Below are positions 21,537 to 31,661 of a DNA stretch of 32,000 bases, piece by piece. Source of the DNA: Candidatus Saccharimonadota bacterium (GTDB lineage: Bacteria > Patescibacteriota > Gracilibacteria > BD1-5 > UBA6164); the NCBI GenBank assembly GCA_965227835.1, contig OZ245768.1, positions 1,457,122 through 1,489,121 of the forward strand. Reading direction: 5' to 3'. The notes below the pieces were generated by a model, which was not told where the DNA came from, searched no databases, and worked only from the letters and a program-made list of their open reading frames with translations. A program made the position numbers and the translations under genes. Each line of letters opens with the position of its first letter. Position 1 is the first letter of the stretch.

Positions 21537-22160
21537 TTATTTTTTATTCTGATTATCTAATATTTTTACTACTCTTTTTTTTATATCACTTTTTTGCGAT
21601 TCTCTAATTTTTAAAATTCCCTTAGCTATAGCAAAAACATCACTTAAATTAATTCTTTGCAAGAAATCACTTATATACATAGTATTTATACTAGGATTTT
21701 TAAGGCTAGATTTTCTATTAGTTAGTTTTCATCAATCTAGTATTTCAAGTCATCTTTTTCTAATCTTTTTTGCTCCAGGTACTACTTTTGAAATATCTTT
21801 CCACAAGTTATCTGGGTAGTCTCAATCATTTCAAAATAAGTCTAAAAATTCCCTTTTAATTTTCATAAATTCTAAAGCTTCTTTTAAGGATACTCATTTT
21901 TCATTATATAGATTACCTATATCTTTACTTCTTCTTTCTCTATAATAAAGTCTTTTTATAAAATCATTTCCATAATTTTCTATTATTATTTCTATTTCTG
22001 GATATTTATAACCATTCATATAAAAAATCTTAATTATATCATTTATTCCAAGATCTTTATTTTTGAATTCTTTATCTCATTTTTTGTATCATAGTGAATG
22101 TATAGACCAAAATAATCCATTTCCCTTTTTTTTTATTTCTAATTTATTATTATTATTCAT
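21537..22160 (-). CDS. hypothetical protein, 207 aa
   Basis: ATG 22160 to TAA 21537-21539 under table 25, with several TGA read as Gly. No family recognised. Confidence 0.5.
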
Positions 22161-22294
22161 TAATATTTTATATGTATTAAATAAATTTATCTACCTATAT
22201 TTTACTTCAATAAACAAAATAAAACAAATTTTTGAACCAATTCCAGAATTTTACTTTTTAATTTTTACATAATCCATAAATTTTTTCAATAAAA

Positions 22295-22318
22295 CCCCCA
22301 AGCAAATTTGCTTGGGGG
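22295..22318. terminator. GC-rich palindromic terminator
   Basis: CCCCCAAGCA-aatt-TGCTTGGGGG flanked by A and T runs, just downstream of the FKBP gene. Confidence 0.7.
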
Positions 22319-22358
22319 TTTAAAAATTAAAACTTATTTTGCATTATAAATTTTTCTG

Positions 22359-22871
22359 CTAATTTATTTCTTCTATTTTAACTTCAAAAATTAGTTTTTT
22401 TCAAGCTAGGGGATGATTTGTATCTACAGTTATACTTTCATCATCAGAAGCTAATATTTCAAGTTCTCAAATTTGAGTTGGTATTTTTTCTCAAACCTTT
22501 AGTTCAAATCAAGCATTTGTGAAACTAGTCAAATCTTTTTTAAGCAAAGTTTGTTTTTTGTTTTCATCATATTCTCCGTAAGCATTTTTTGGTTCTATTT
22601 CAATATTTTTTGTTTCTCATAAACTCATTCCTATAACTCAAGCATCAAAACCTGCTATCATCTGTCATGCTCAAGCCTCAAATCTCAAAAACTCTCATCC
22701 GTGTTTTTCTGTAGAATCAAACACATCTCAATTTTCTAGTTTACCAGTGTAGCTTACAGCTATACTGTTTCATTTTTCTACTTTTTTAGTCATTTTGTTA
22801 TTATTAGAATTTAAATTACCACAAGATACAAGCAAAAAAAACACAGATATTAAAGATATTATTTTTTTCAT
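22359..22871 (-). CDS. FKBP-type peptidyl-prolyl cis-trans isomerase, predicted lipoprotein, 170 aa
   Basis: ATG 22871 to TAG 22359-22361. Lipobox FFLLVSC, then VSYTGKLENGDVFDS, GAGQMIAGFDAGVIGMSLGE and HPLAGKKLIFEVKI. Confidence 0.85.
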
Positions 22872-22924
22872 TTTATATAATTTTAATTTTAAAATAGTTT
22901 TTTTAATTTAATTAATATTTTTTA

Positions 22925-22952
22925 TTGACAAAAACAATTAAATTAATATAAT
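22925..22952 (+). promoter_or_regulatory. near-consensus sigma70 promoter
   Basis: TTGACA (22925-22930), 16-nt spacer, TATAAT (22947-22952), about 100 nt upstream of the AGGAGG-preceded ATG 23051. Confidence 0.5.
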
Positions 22953-23050
22953 GTATTTAACAATTTTTTGGAACTTATTATTTTTAAAAATATTTGAGTT
23001 TTTCCAAATTGTTAAGTCCTTTTACATTAAATATTTTTCAGGAGGAAAAA

Positions 23051-23389
23051 ATGTCAGTAAGAAAATTTGATTATTTACTTATTCTTTGTTTTGGATTTCT
23101 TCTTTTTAATTTAATCTTTTTTTTATGGAAAGTAATAACTTCTGATAGTTGGGAGCAAACTATTTTTATCGTTCCATTCCTTATAAGTGCGTATATAATT
23201 CATATATACATTAAATTTATTAAATGGTATGTGAAAATACCTCCTGATATATTTTCTAAACTTCAAAATATATGCTATAATATTATAGCTACACAAACTA
23301 TTTTTAATGATGAAAGAAAGGAAAATTTTAGGTTATTTATGAAAGAACTCAGTATGGATCCAAAAGAATTTCGGAAAAAACATTGCTAA
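23051..23389 (+). CDS. small membrane protein, 112 aa
   Basis: AGGAGG at 23040-23045 then ATG 23051. Two hydrophobic segments (LLILCFGFLLFNLIFFLW, IFIVPFLISAYIIHIYI). No TGA codons. I prefer this start over the TTG start at 22994 used by the track. Confidence 0.6.
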   Translation: MSVRKFDYLLILCFGFLLFNLIFFLWKVITSDSWEQTIFIVPFLISAYIIHIYIKFIKWYVKIPPDIFSKLQNICYNIIATQTIFNDERKENFRLFMKELSMDPKEFRKKHC

Positions 23390-23407
23390 GTTCTTATAAG
23401 AACCATC

Positions 23408-23439
23408 AGAGCCGTTAACTTAAGTTAACGGCTCTTTTG
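23408..23439. terminator. bidirectional terminator between convergent genes
   Basis: AGAGCCGTTAAC-ttaa-GTTAACGGCTCT followed by TTTT. It abuts the mfd stop at 23440-23442. Confidence 0.75.
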
Positions 23440-26400
23440 TTAACTCACTTTTTTTACTTTTTCATTTCTTATTTTTCACCCAAACAAAGACAACATATAT
23501 TCTATAAAACTTTTATTATTTGCAAAATTTTTTGTATTAGACCTAACCCTCCCAACTGTAATAACCTTAAACTTCACTTCTTTATCCATTTCTAAAAAAT
23601 CTTTTAGGATTTTTACTTCATCCACATTTTCTGATTTTTCCAGTGAGTTATAATCAAAATCAATTTGATAATTTAGTCATATTTTTTTAATAGATCATAT
23701 CATATATTTTGAAGCCCTTATTTTCAACTCTATCAAATCAAATAAATTTTTTAATCAAACAAGGCTCTTATCTGAAAAATCCATTTTCATATTCTCCAAA
23801 TCATCCAAATCAAAAATCATTTCAGCTTCTCTATAAAAATTTATTTTATCCAGCTCTGAATCAAACACATCATCTGGAATATACAAATCCATATCTAAAT
23901 CTATTTTAGTATCTATACTCAAATCAAGACTATCTGTAGAAGAATTTTTCTCTTCATCACTAGATTTTGAAATAAGAGAACTCAACTCTGCCACTTTTTC
24001 TTCTATAATTTTTAGATACAAATTAATCCCAACTTGGTTTGCTTGTCAACTTTGTCTAAAACCAAGCAAATCTCATCATCATCTTATTTCCAAATCTTTC
24101 ATAGCCAACTCAAAACCCGCTCAAAGATAACTATATTCAGCTATAGTTTTCAATCTTTGAGCAGTATTTGTTTTCAGATTTTCTCACTTATAAAGTAGAA
24201 AACAATATCCTTTTTTTTCAGACCTTCAAACCCTTCATCTAAGCTGATGAATTTGGCTTAATCAAAAACTCTCGGCATTGTTTATTATAATAGTATTTAC
24301 ATTGGGGAAATCTATTCAGTTTTCTATAACTGTGGTTGATAAAAGTATATCATATTTTTTATTTTTAAAATCAATAACTGCTTTTTCTAAGTCTGTTCAA
24401 GCAAGCTTCCCATGAGCTACTATTATTTTTTTGTTTGGAAATACAGACTTCAAAATAGTTTTTATATTTTCTATATTTCAAACTCTATTATGCACAAAAA
24501 ACATCTGTCCTTTTCTATCAAATTCTCTTTTTCAAGCAGTATTTATAATATTTTCTGAAAACCTGCTTATTATCGTTTCTATATCCTGTCTACCATGAGG
24601 AGCTGTTTTTAAGATAGATATTTGTCTAATATTTGATAATGCCATATTCAAACTTCTAGGTATAGGTGTAGCACTCATAGCAATTGAGTCAATATTTACC
24701 TTGAATTTCTTTACTTTTTCCTTGTCTGAAACTCAAAATTTATGTTCTTCATCTGTTATTATAAGTCATAGATTTTTATATTTTATCTTATCTGTAAGAA
24801 GCTTATGAGTTCATATTATCAAATGTATTTCTCATTTTTCAAGCAAACTCATAGTTTCTTTTATGCTTTTTTCGTTTTCAAGTCTAGTAATTACTGATAT
24901 ATTTAAACCAAAACCCTTAAATCTTTCTTTTGCTTTTTGATAATGTTCATAAGCCAAAACTACTAGAGGGACTATCAATATAGATTGTTTTTTGTTTATA
25001 AAACTTCTATATATAGCATTAAAAACTACCTCTGTTTTTCCAAATCAAACATCTCATATCAAAAGCCTATCTGTTGGGGTTGGTTTAGACATGTCATCTA
25101 AAATTTCTTTTATTGCTTGTATTTGATCCTGTGTATGTAAAAATGGAAACGAGCCCCTAAATTTATCCTCTAAATCTTTATTTTCTACAAAACTAAAACC
25201 TTCTCTTTTAACTCTTTTGGCATATATTTCTACCAATTCTTCTGCTATCTCTTCGGCTTGTTTTTTTACTGCTTTTAGTTTTTTCTCCCAAGAATTTCAG
25301 GAAAGAGAAGTTAGCTTTGGATTTTCTACTCATATATATTTATTTACTCTTGATACTTCTGATATAGGAACAAAAAGCCTATCTTCTCATAAGTATTCTA
25401 TTTCTATATATTCCTTGATTGTCTCTTTTGATTCTTTAGAAAATACACTTTTTTTTACAATATTTTTAAAAATACCTATTCAATGTTCTATATGCACTAC
25501 ATAATCTCAAGTTTTTATTTTCAACAACAAATCTAAATCGGTGCTTATTCTCTTGCTTCTTTTTTTTATAAATATCTCTCTTATTATATCATCACAGATT
25601 ATTATCTCTTTTTTTGTTTCAAAACTTTTCAAAAAAAATCAGCCAGTTTCAAATATTTGTGAGTTTTTTATATTGTTATATTCCAAGAAATTTTTTATAG
25701 TTTTAATATTTTTCGTATAAAATTTAGAATTTTTCTTACAAAGAGAATTTTTTAACTCGGATATATTTTTTATTTTTGGTATAACTATTTCTAAATCTTT
25801 TACGAAAAAATCTTTGTTTCAAATATAATCAAAAAAACTCAAATTTTCTATATTTTTTGTTAGACTATCATAATGCCTAGAAAAATTTAAATTATCAAGC
25901 ACAAAAAAACAATCTTTTGGGATTATTCCAAAAAAGTTTTTTAAATCTCAAAAACTTTCTTCTTTCAAAACATCTTTTGATTCAATTTTTTTATTGTTTC
26001 AAATATTTATCTTTTCTGTTTTTTCACCATTATTTCTTATATCATCTACCTCATCTCACCAAAAACTTATCTCATATTTATTTTTATTATCAGGAGATAT
26101 TATTTTTAAAGTGTCTCATTTTTTTATAAAACTAGCAGGCTCTTCAAATTCAGAAAAATGATAATTTAGCTCTATAAGTTTTTTTGTTATCTCACTAAGA
26201 CAATATTTTTTAGATACTTCAAATTCAAAACTAAAGTGCTTTAATTGTTCTATACTTACTATATCTATGCTTTCTAGATTATTTATAGATGTTATAAAGA
26301 ATCATTTATTGCTAAATACCAAGTCGTTTAAAACCCCATAGTTTTCTACAACTCTACAATCAAAATTTAAAAAACTAAATATTTTTTTATAGCTTTCAAG

Positions 26401-26514
26401 AGTTTTATCATCCTCTACAATGACTAAACTTTTTTCTTTTTTTAAATTTTCACTCAAAAATAAGGCTTTACTAAAGGAGTTTCATGCATTTATATAAGAT
26501 GTTTTTTCTAACAT
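23440..26514 (-). CDS. mfd: transcription-repair coupling factor, 1024 aa
   Basis: ATG 26514 to TAA 23440-23442, phased line by line. Walker A [TGA]DV[TGA]FGKTE at 25030-25056, DEEHKFGV, SATPIPRSL, HGKL and QLRGRVGRS. Confidence 0.9.
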
Positions 26515-26579
26515 TTTTGCTTTTACAAATAATTTTTGAGGATTATAATAAGAAGGTCTTATAAATAAAGTTGTATTTT

Positions 26580-27167
26580 ATGAATTTGTTTTTAAATGCT
26601 ATATCTGAGTCTTGATCTATAATACTTTTTGATGATAAAAAAGAAATAGTCTTAAAAAAAGATATTGAGGTTTTCTGAAATGAAAGTGAAAAACTAATAG
26701 ATATTTTTGATATGTTTTTGGCTGAACAAAATTTATCTTATAATGATTTGGAAAATATTGTTGTTGTCGTTGGACCTGGAAGCTTTACTGGAGTAAGAAC
26801 TGTTTGTCTTTTTGTGAATACTATAAATTTCGTTACAAAGAAAAATTTAACTCCTATTAGTTTCTTTGATTTATACAGCTCCTATCCAATAATAAAAACT
26901 TGTTCTAAAAGGGATAGCTTTTTCAAAAAAGATAAAAAATCTAAAATAGAAGCTTTTAAAAATGGGGATATATTAAATTACTTAAAAGAAAACAAAATAA
27001 AATACTTGTATTGAGAAAACCCTAATCTTATTACAAGAGATATTTCACAAAATCAGTATTTTAAAATACTTGAAAATATAGATTATCATACTATAATCAA
27101 AAATATAAAACTAGAGAAATTAAAGAGTGTAAAACCTCTACATATAAAAAAACCTAGTATTTCTTAA
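26580..27167 (+). CDS. tsaB: tRNA t6A37 biosynthesis protein TsaB (YeaZ-like), 195 aa
   Basis: ATG 26580 to TAA 27165-27167. Reads IVVVVGPGSFTGVRTVCLFVNT. Confidence 0.7.
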
Positions 27168-27179
27168 AATTTTAAAACT

Positions 27180-27692
27180 ATGTTACAGCTTGAAAATCTA
27201 AGGGAGTGAGAAAAAATAGAAAAGGTAATTAGAAGGCACTGGATAGTTTTTGTAATGCTTTGATTACATGGTTTTTTTGGCCTTTTTATAAATGTGGTTT
27301 TGCATATGATTTTTTGATTTGAACTTTTGGTTAATATTTTTAGTTTAGTTTATCTAAATTCTTTCATAGTTTTTATGTATATAAGTTGGATAAATCATGA
27401 GCTTGATATGTATGTAATAACGAATTATAGAATAATTTGAATAGAGCAGGTATGATTTTTAAATAGAGAGGTATCTCAGTGTAGTTTAAATGATGTGCAA
27501 GAGGTAAATAGTAAAACTAAATGATTTTTTTCTAATATGTTTAATTATTGAGAGCTTACGATTCAAACTGCTTGAAATGCGAGTAATTTTAGAATGGAGT
27601 TTGTGCCAGATTCTCTTGGTACATCTAAGAAGGTTTTAAATATAGTTGAAGAAAATAAGTATCCTTCTGGTGGTGTGGATAAACTTAGTTAA
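27180..27692 (+). CDS. membrane protein with bacterial PH (bPH_2/YdbS-like) domain, 170 aa
   Basis: ATG 27180 to TAA 27690-27692. Two TM segments, then YVITNYRIIGIEQVGFLNREVSQCSLNDVQEV...NYGELTIQTAG. Confidence 0.6.
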
Positions 27693-27729
27693 AATAACTA
27701 GAATAAATTTTATTCTAGTTATTTTTTTA
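27693..27729 (+). terminator. rho-independent terminator
   Basis: AATAACTAGAATAAA / TTTATTCTAGTTATT hairpin followed by a T run. Confidence 0.7.
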
Positions 27730-27782
27730 GGTTTGAAATATCACTATAGCCAGATTAAATCTGATTTTAATTCTCTCTAACT

Positions 27783-27873
27783 CATCCCAACCCGTAAAGC
27801 CCTAACCCTCTCCGGGGGAACCTCACCCTCTCCATCTATACCTCACCCCCAACCCCTACTCTCCTTAGAGGAG
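27783..27873. repeat. GC-rich repeat element, copy 2 (inverted relative to 9373..9427)
   Basis: CCCAACCCGTAAAGCCCTAACCCTCTCC...CCTCACCCTCTCC...CCTCACCCCCAACCCC...CTCC-ttag-AGGAG. Its reverse complement shares GGAGAGGGTTAGGG..TTTACGGGTT.GG with copy 1. Confidence 0.7.
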
Positions 27874-27967
27874 ATTAGAACAGAAGGAATAGAATATAAA
27901 TTACTATTAAAGAGTAGAGAATAATAAAATAAATTTTACTCTATAAATTATTTTTTAATCTATTGTT

Positions 27968-28000
27968 TCCCTTCAACAGAGGGCTTTAGCCCTTTGCCCA
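27968..28000 (+). repeat. dispersed hairpin element, copy E (stem variant)
   Basis: ttcaaCAGAGGGC-TTTA-GCCCTTTGccc (27977-27996). Same flanks as the CAGATGGC..GCCATTTG copies, but with both stem arms changed. Confidence 0.6.
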
Positions 28001-28139
28001 TTAACAATATTTGTATTCAATCCTTTGCTCAATTAACAATATTTGCATTTAGCCCTCTGCTAATTAACAATATTTGCATTTAGCCCTCTGCTAATTAACA
28101 ATATTTGCATTCAGCCCTTTGCATAGTAAGATTTTTGCA
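27985..28139 (+). repeat. tandem repeat, about 5 x 31 bp
   Basis: Units start at 27985, 28016, 28048, 28079 and 28110, with consensus TTTAGCCCTCTGCTAATTAACAATATTTGCA. Units 3 and 4 are identical. Each unit contains the right half of the hairpin element. Confidence 0.8.
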
Positions 28140-28177
28140 AAATAAAACTTAATTGCAAATTATCCTAAATTTAGTAT

Positions 28178-28215
28178 ATTCCTTTAGGCAGATGGCTTTA
28201 ACCATTTGTCCCATA
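28178..28215 (+). repeat. dispersed hairpin element, copy D
   Basis: taggCAGATGG-CTTTAA-CCATTTGtcc (28189-28208). Confidence 0.6.
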
Positions 28216-28284
28216 TTACATTATATCCTTTCAGGGTCTGTTGCGTTTTGATTTTAAAAAGAGTTTTAATTAAAAAATGTAGTA

Positions 28285-28322
28285 AATAGATGAAAAATTT
28301 ATAAGTTTCATCTATTTTTTGT
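28285..28322 (+). terminator. rho-independent terminator closing a noncoding plus-strand unit
   Basis: AATAGATGAAA (28285-28295) / TTTCATCTATT (28306-28316) followed by TTTTTGTT. Confidence 0.55.
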
Positions 28323-29432
28323 TAAATTATAATCATATTTATATAAAATTTAGGATTTTAGACACAATCCACCTAAGGAAACTAACCTAGGTTATTCGGA
28401 TTTCCTCTAAAACAACCAATCTTTTGAGATTAAAAGATATAGCCTCCATAAATGCAGTAAACTGGTTTTTTACTACAGACTTATACCTCACTCTATGATT
28501 CATTTTTGAAAATACCCTCTCATAAGGAGATCTAAGTTTAGAATAAAACTTATCTTTATCCTTGTTCTTATCTTTCATATTATTTTTCTTTATTGCACAT
28601 AGATGTAATCACTTCTTTTTTGTTGATATTACAGCCGGTCAAATACAATATCACTTATCAGCATATACTGCTCATGAACTTGGTAATACATGCTTCATTC
28701 ACTTTGCATCTGTTACATTAGCTTGAGTTATAGCTATCTTGTTTATCATTCAAGATTGCATATCAACACTAGCATGTTTTTTATAACCATACCAAAATTT
28801 ATTTTTTCACTTAGATCAAATTTTAGCTTCCTTATCATTAGCAACTTTTGGAAGAGTTTCATTATTCATTTTTTCATATCATTCTTTTATTCATTTATCT
28901 CTTTCTTCCCATAAATTAGCTTTAGTAACTAAATGAGAAGCATCTACAAATGTAAACACTTCACTCATATAACCCTTATTTGATAATTGATTTTTTAAAT
29001 CTTCAAATATCTTTGATAGTTCTTTTGTTCATATCTTTTTTCTTGCTCTTGAGAATATACTATGATCTGGAGTTTTATCTGTTAATTTAAATCAGCAAAA
29101 CCATTTACCAGCTAAATTTTCTGCAAGATATTTCTCTAACTCTCTATCTGATAGATCTTCCATAAACTGGATTAGTAAACATAGAAATAATTTTTTTACT
29201 CAATATCATACATGAGTTTTTCATAGATCTATATTTTTTAGTATTTTATTTACTCAATCAAAGTTCCACAATTTCTTAAATTTACGATATTGATGATTTT
29301 CTGGAATTAGCTCGTTTAGGATAACAAAACTTATTTGATTTGATTCTCACATAGGTATTTTCTTAGAATATAATTACTATCTAATTATATCTCTTTTTTC
29401 TCTTTTTAATAGTCAAAGTTTAATTTACAACA
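28321..29432 (-). mobile_element. IS5/IS1182-like insertion sequence (ends approximate)
   Basis: Single transposase ORF. A weak inverted similarity links gttaaattataatc (28321-) with the reverse complement of 29415-29432 (gtaaattaaac). No clear target duplication was seen. Confidence 0.4.
28387..29352 (-). CDS. IS5-family DDE transposase (DUF772 N-terminal + DDE_Tnp_1), 321 aa
   Basis: ATG 29352 to TAG 28387-28389. Reads FMEDLSDRELEKYLAENLAGKWFCGF...PDHSIFSRARKKIG, YADK[TGA]Y, and C-terminal SPYERVFSKMNHRVRYKSVVKNQFTAFMEAISFNLKRL. It extends track ORF 28387..28578. Confidence 0.85.
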
Positions 29433-29435
29433 AGC

Positions 29436-29470
29436 TCTTTCAACAGAAAGCTTCATCCCTTTGCCTAGTA
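29436..29470 (+). repeat. degenerate hairpin element, copy F, upstream of the pilin-like genes
   Basis: ctctttcaaCAGAAAGCTTCATCCCTTTGcctag aligns with copy E (cccttcaaCAGAGGGCTTTAGCCCTTTGccca), but the stem is decayed. Confidence 0.45.
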
Positions 29471-29528
29471 GAAATTTTTATAAAAAAACTTTTAACTTTC
29501 CAACTTTTAACTCTTAACTCCCCCTCAA

Positions 29529-30316
29529 ATGAAAAACAAACTAACCCTCCAACTAAAAAAAGCATTCACCCTAGTAGAACTAATAGTAGTAGTAACAATA
29601 TTAGCTATAATCTGAACAATATGATTTGTAAGCTATACAGACTATCTATCTTGAGTAAGAGATACAAATAGAACAGTACAACTAGAAAGTATATGAGATT
29701 GACTAAAACTATCACTAACAAGATGAAGACTTCCAATACCCGATGACTATATAGAAGTTAAAACTAATTGAAATACTATAGCATATCAAGGATATGCATG
29801 AGAAGAAGTACTAAAAAAAATTAAATATGATAAAGAAGGTAAAGACCCACTAGATAATACATATTTTTCATACTATGCTACAGACAATAGAAAGAACTTT
29901 CAATTAATGGCATTACTAGAAGAAACAAATGAAACTGTAAGTTTATTTAAGGGAGAAGTATTATCTAATGATATAGATTATGCAGATAGACAAGTTAAGG
30001 TAAGTTGAAAGAAGCTATGAATATTAACAGGGGGTTGAGATAATTTAAATGTACCAGTACAAGAGATATGAGAGATAAAAGATAATTGAGAATTAGATAT
30101 AGCTACTACACCAGATGAATATATATCCCATATAGATGATAGTGATAAGATTAGTTGAAGTTGAAGTGAATTAATAAAATCAATTTATAATTCTAGTTGT
30201 AAGAGGATACTAGAATCTAGCTTAGATAATTGAGATTGAATTTATAAGATAAATCCTGCTGGAACAGAAGAATTTGAAGTTTATTGTGATATGAGTACTG
30301 ATTGAGGGGGGTGGAC
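29529..30316 (+). repeat. direct repeat, copy 1 (5' 788 nt of pilin-like gene 1)
   Basis: Near-identical to 30871..31661, with scattered substitutions and one codon indel (LFKGEV vs LYNRREV). Identity ends abruptly after GATTGAGGGGGGTGGAC. Confidence 0.85.
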
Positions 30317-30854
30317 TTTAATTACTAGAATTATAACATGACTAAATTATTCTTGAAATATTGAAATGAATAATTTCTCTAACTCGTCTACAAAACATTA
30401 CTGAATTTCAAGAGATATTGTAAATAATCTAATTTATTGAGAACAAACAATACGATGATATTATAAGTATTATGATACAAATTTAGATGTAATTCAAGAA
30501 ATGATATATAAATTACATAATGTTAGATGAAATTATGCATCTTTATATGAAGAGGATAAGATATATATATTAGGGCAAAAAAGTGATACAGCTTTTATTT
30601 TAAATTTTAATGGTGACTCATGAGATGATTTTCGTGAGCCCTTAAACTCATGTTGATACGGAACAACCTTTGATCAATATTGGTATGAATCTTCTTGGTG
30701 AAACTTTACAGATCACTTAATACCTTATTTTTCAGTATATGATTGATGTACTTGAGGTATATATAATCAATGAGCTACTGTTATAAACAGTAAACAAAGT
30801 TCTCCCTACGATAAAACCTCTTGATCTTTTCAAGAATTGTACATTAAATTTTAG
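29529..30854 (+). CDS. type IV pilin-like protein (class III leader) with fibrinogen-related-domain-like signature, 441 aa
   Basis: ATG 29529 to TAG 30852-30854, with the C-terminal half phased line by line. N-terminus MKNKLTLQLKKA/FTLVELIVVVTILAIIG. Residues ~220-265 read SSCKRILESSLDNGDGIYKINPAGTEEFEVYCDMSTDGGGWTLI. Confidence 0.8.
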
Positions 30855-30870
30855 TATAAAAAAATAAAAA

Positions 30871-31661
30871 ATGAAAAACAAACTAACCCTCCAACTAAAA
30901 AAAGCATTCACCCTAGTAGAACTAATAGTAGTAGTAACAATACTAGCAATAATCTGAACAATATGATTTGTAAGCTATACAGACTACCTATCATGAGTAA
31001 GAGATACTAACAGAACAGTACAACTAGAAAGTATATGAGACTGATTAAAACTATCACTAACAAAATGAAGACTACCAATACCCGATGACTACATAGAAGT
31101 TAAAACTAATTGAGATACTATAGCATATCAAGGATATGCATGAGAAGAAGTACTAAAAAAAATTAAATATGACAAAGAAGGTAAAGAACCACTAGATAAT
31201 ACTTATTTTTCATACTATGCTACAGACAATAGAAAGAACTTTCAATTAATGGCATTACTAGAAGAAACAAATGAAACTGTAAGTTTATATAATAGAAGAG
31301 AAGTATTATCTAATGATATAGATTATGCAGATAGACAAGTTAAGGTAAGTTGAAAGAAGCTATGAATATTAACAGGGGGTTGAGATAATTTAAATGTACC
31401 AGTACAAGAGATATGAGAGATAAAAGATAATTGAGAATTAGATATAACTACAACAGGAGAAGAATATATATCTCATATAGATGACAATGATAAGATTAGT
31501 TGAGACTGAAGTGAATTAATAAAATCAATATATAATTCTAGTTGTAAGAGGATACTAGAATCTAGCTTAGATAATTGAGATTGAGTTTATAAGATAAATC
31601 CTGCTGGAACAGAAGAATTTGAAGTTTATTGTGATATGATTACTGATTGAGGGGGGTGGAC
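30871..31661 (+). repeat. direct repeat, copy 2 (5' 791 nt of pilin-like gene 2)
   Basis: See copy 1. Confidence 0.85.

Noticed and set aside
27783-27873. A short Gly/Arg-rich ORF on the minus strand of the GC-rich repeat (MERVRFPRRGLGLYGLGG...)
   Set aside because: This is typical repeat-derived spurious ORF text. The other copy, at 9373-9427, does not keep the frame.
27985-28139. The 31-bp repeats as a CRISPR array
   Set aside because: The units are directly abutting with no spacers, and no cas genes are in the window. This is a tandem repeat, not a CRISPR.
5337-28260. Small peptides starting inside the hairpin elements (MALAIF..., MALAICSCKKFL... = track ORF 16396..16587, MALTICPIL...)
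   Set aside because: The shared MALAI start simply reflects the ATGGCTTTAGCC stem sequence. Copy C is in a different frame, copy E has no ATG, the downstream text is unconserved, and there is no ribosome-binding context.
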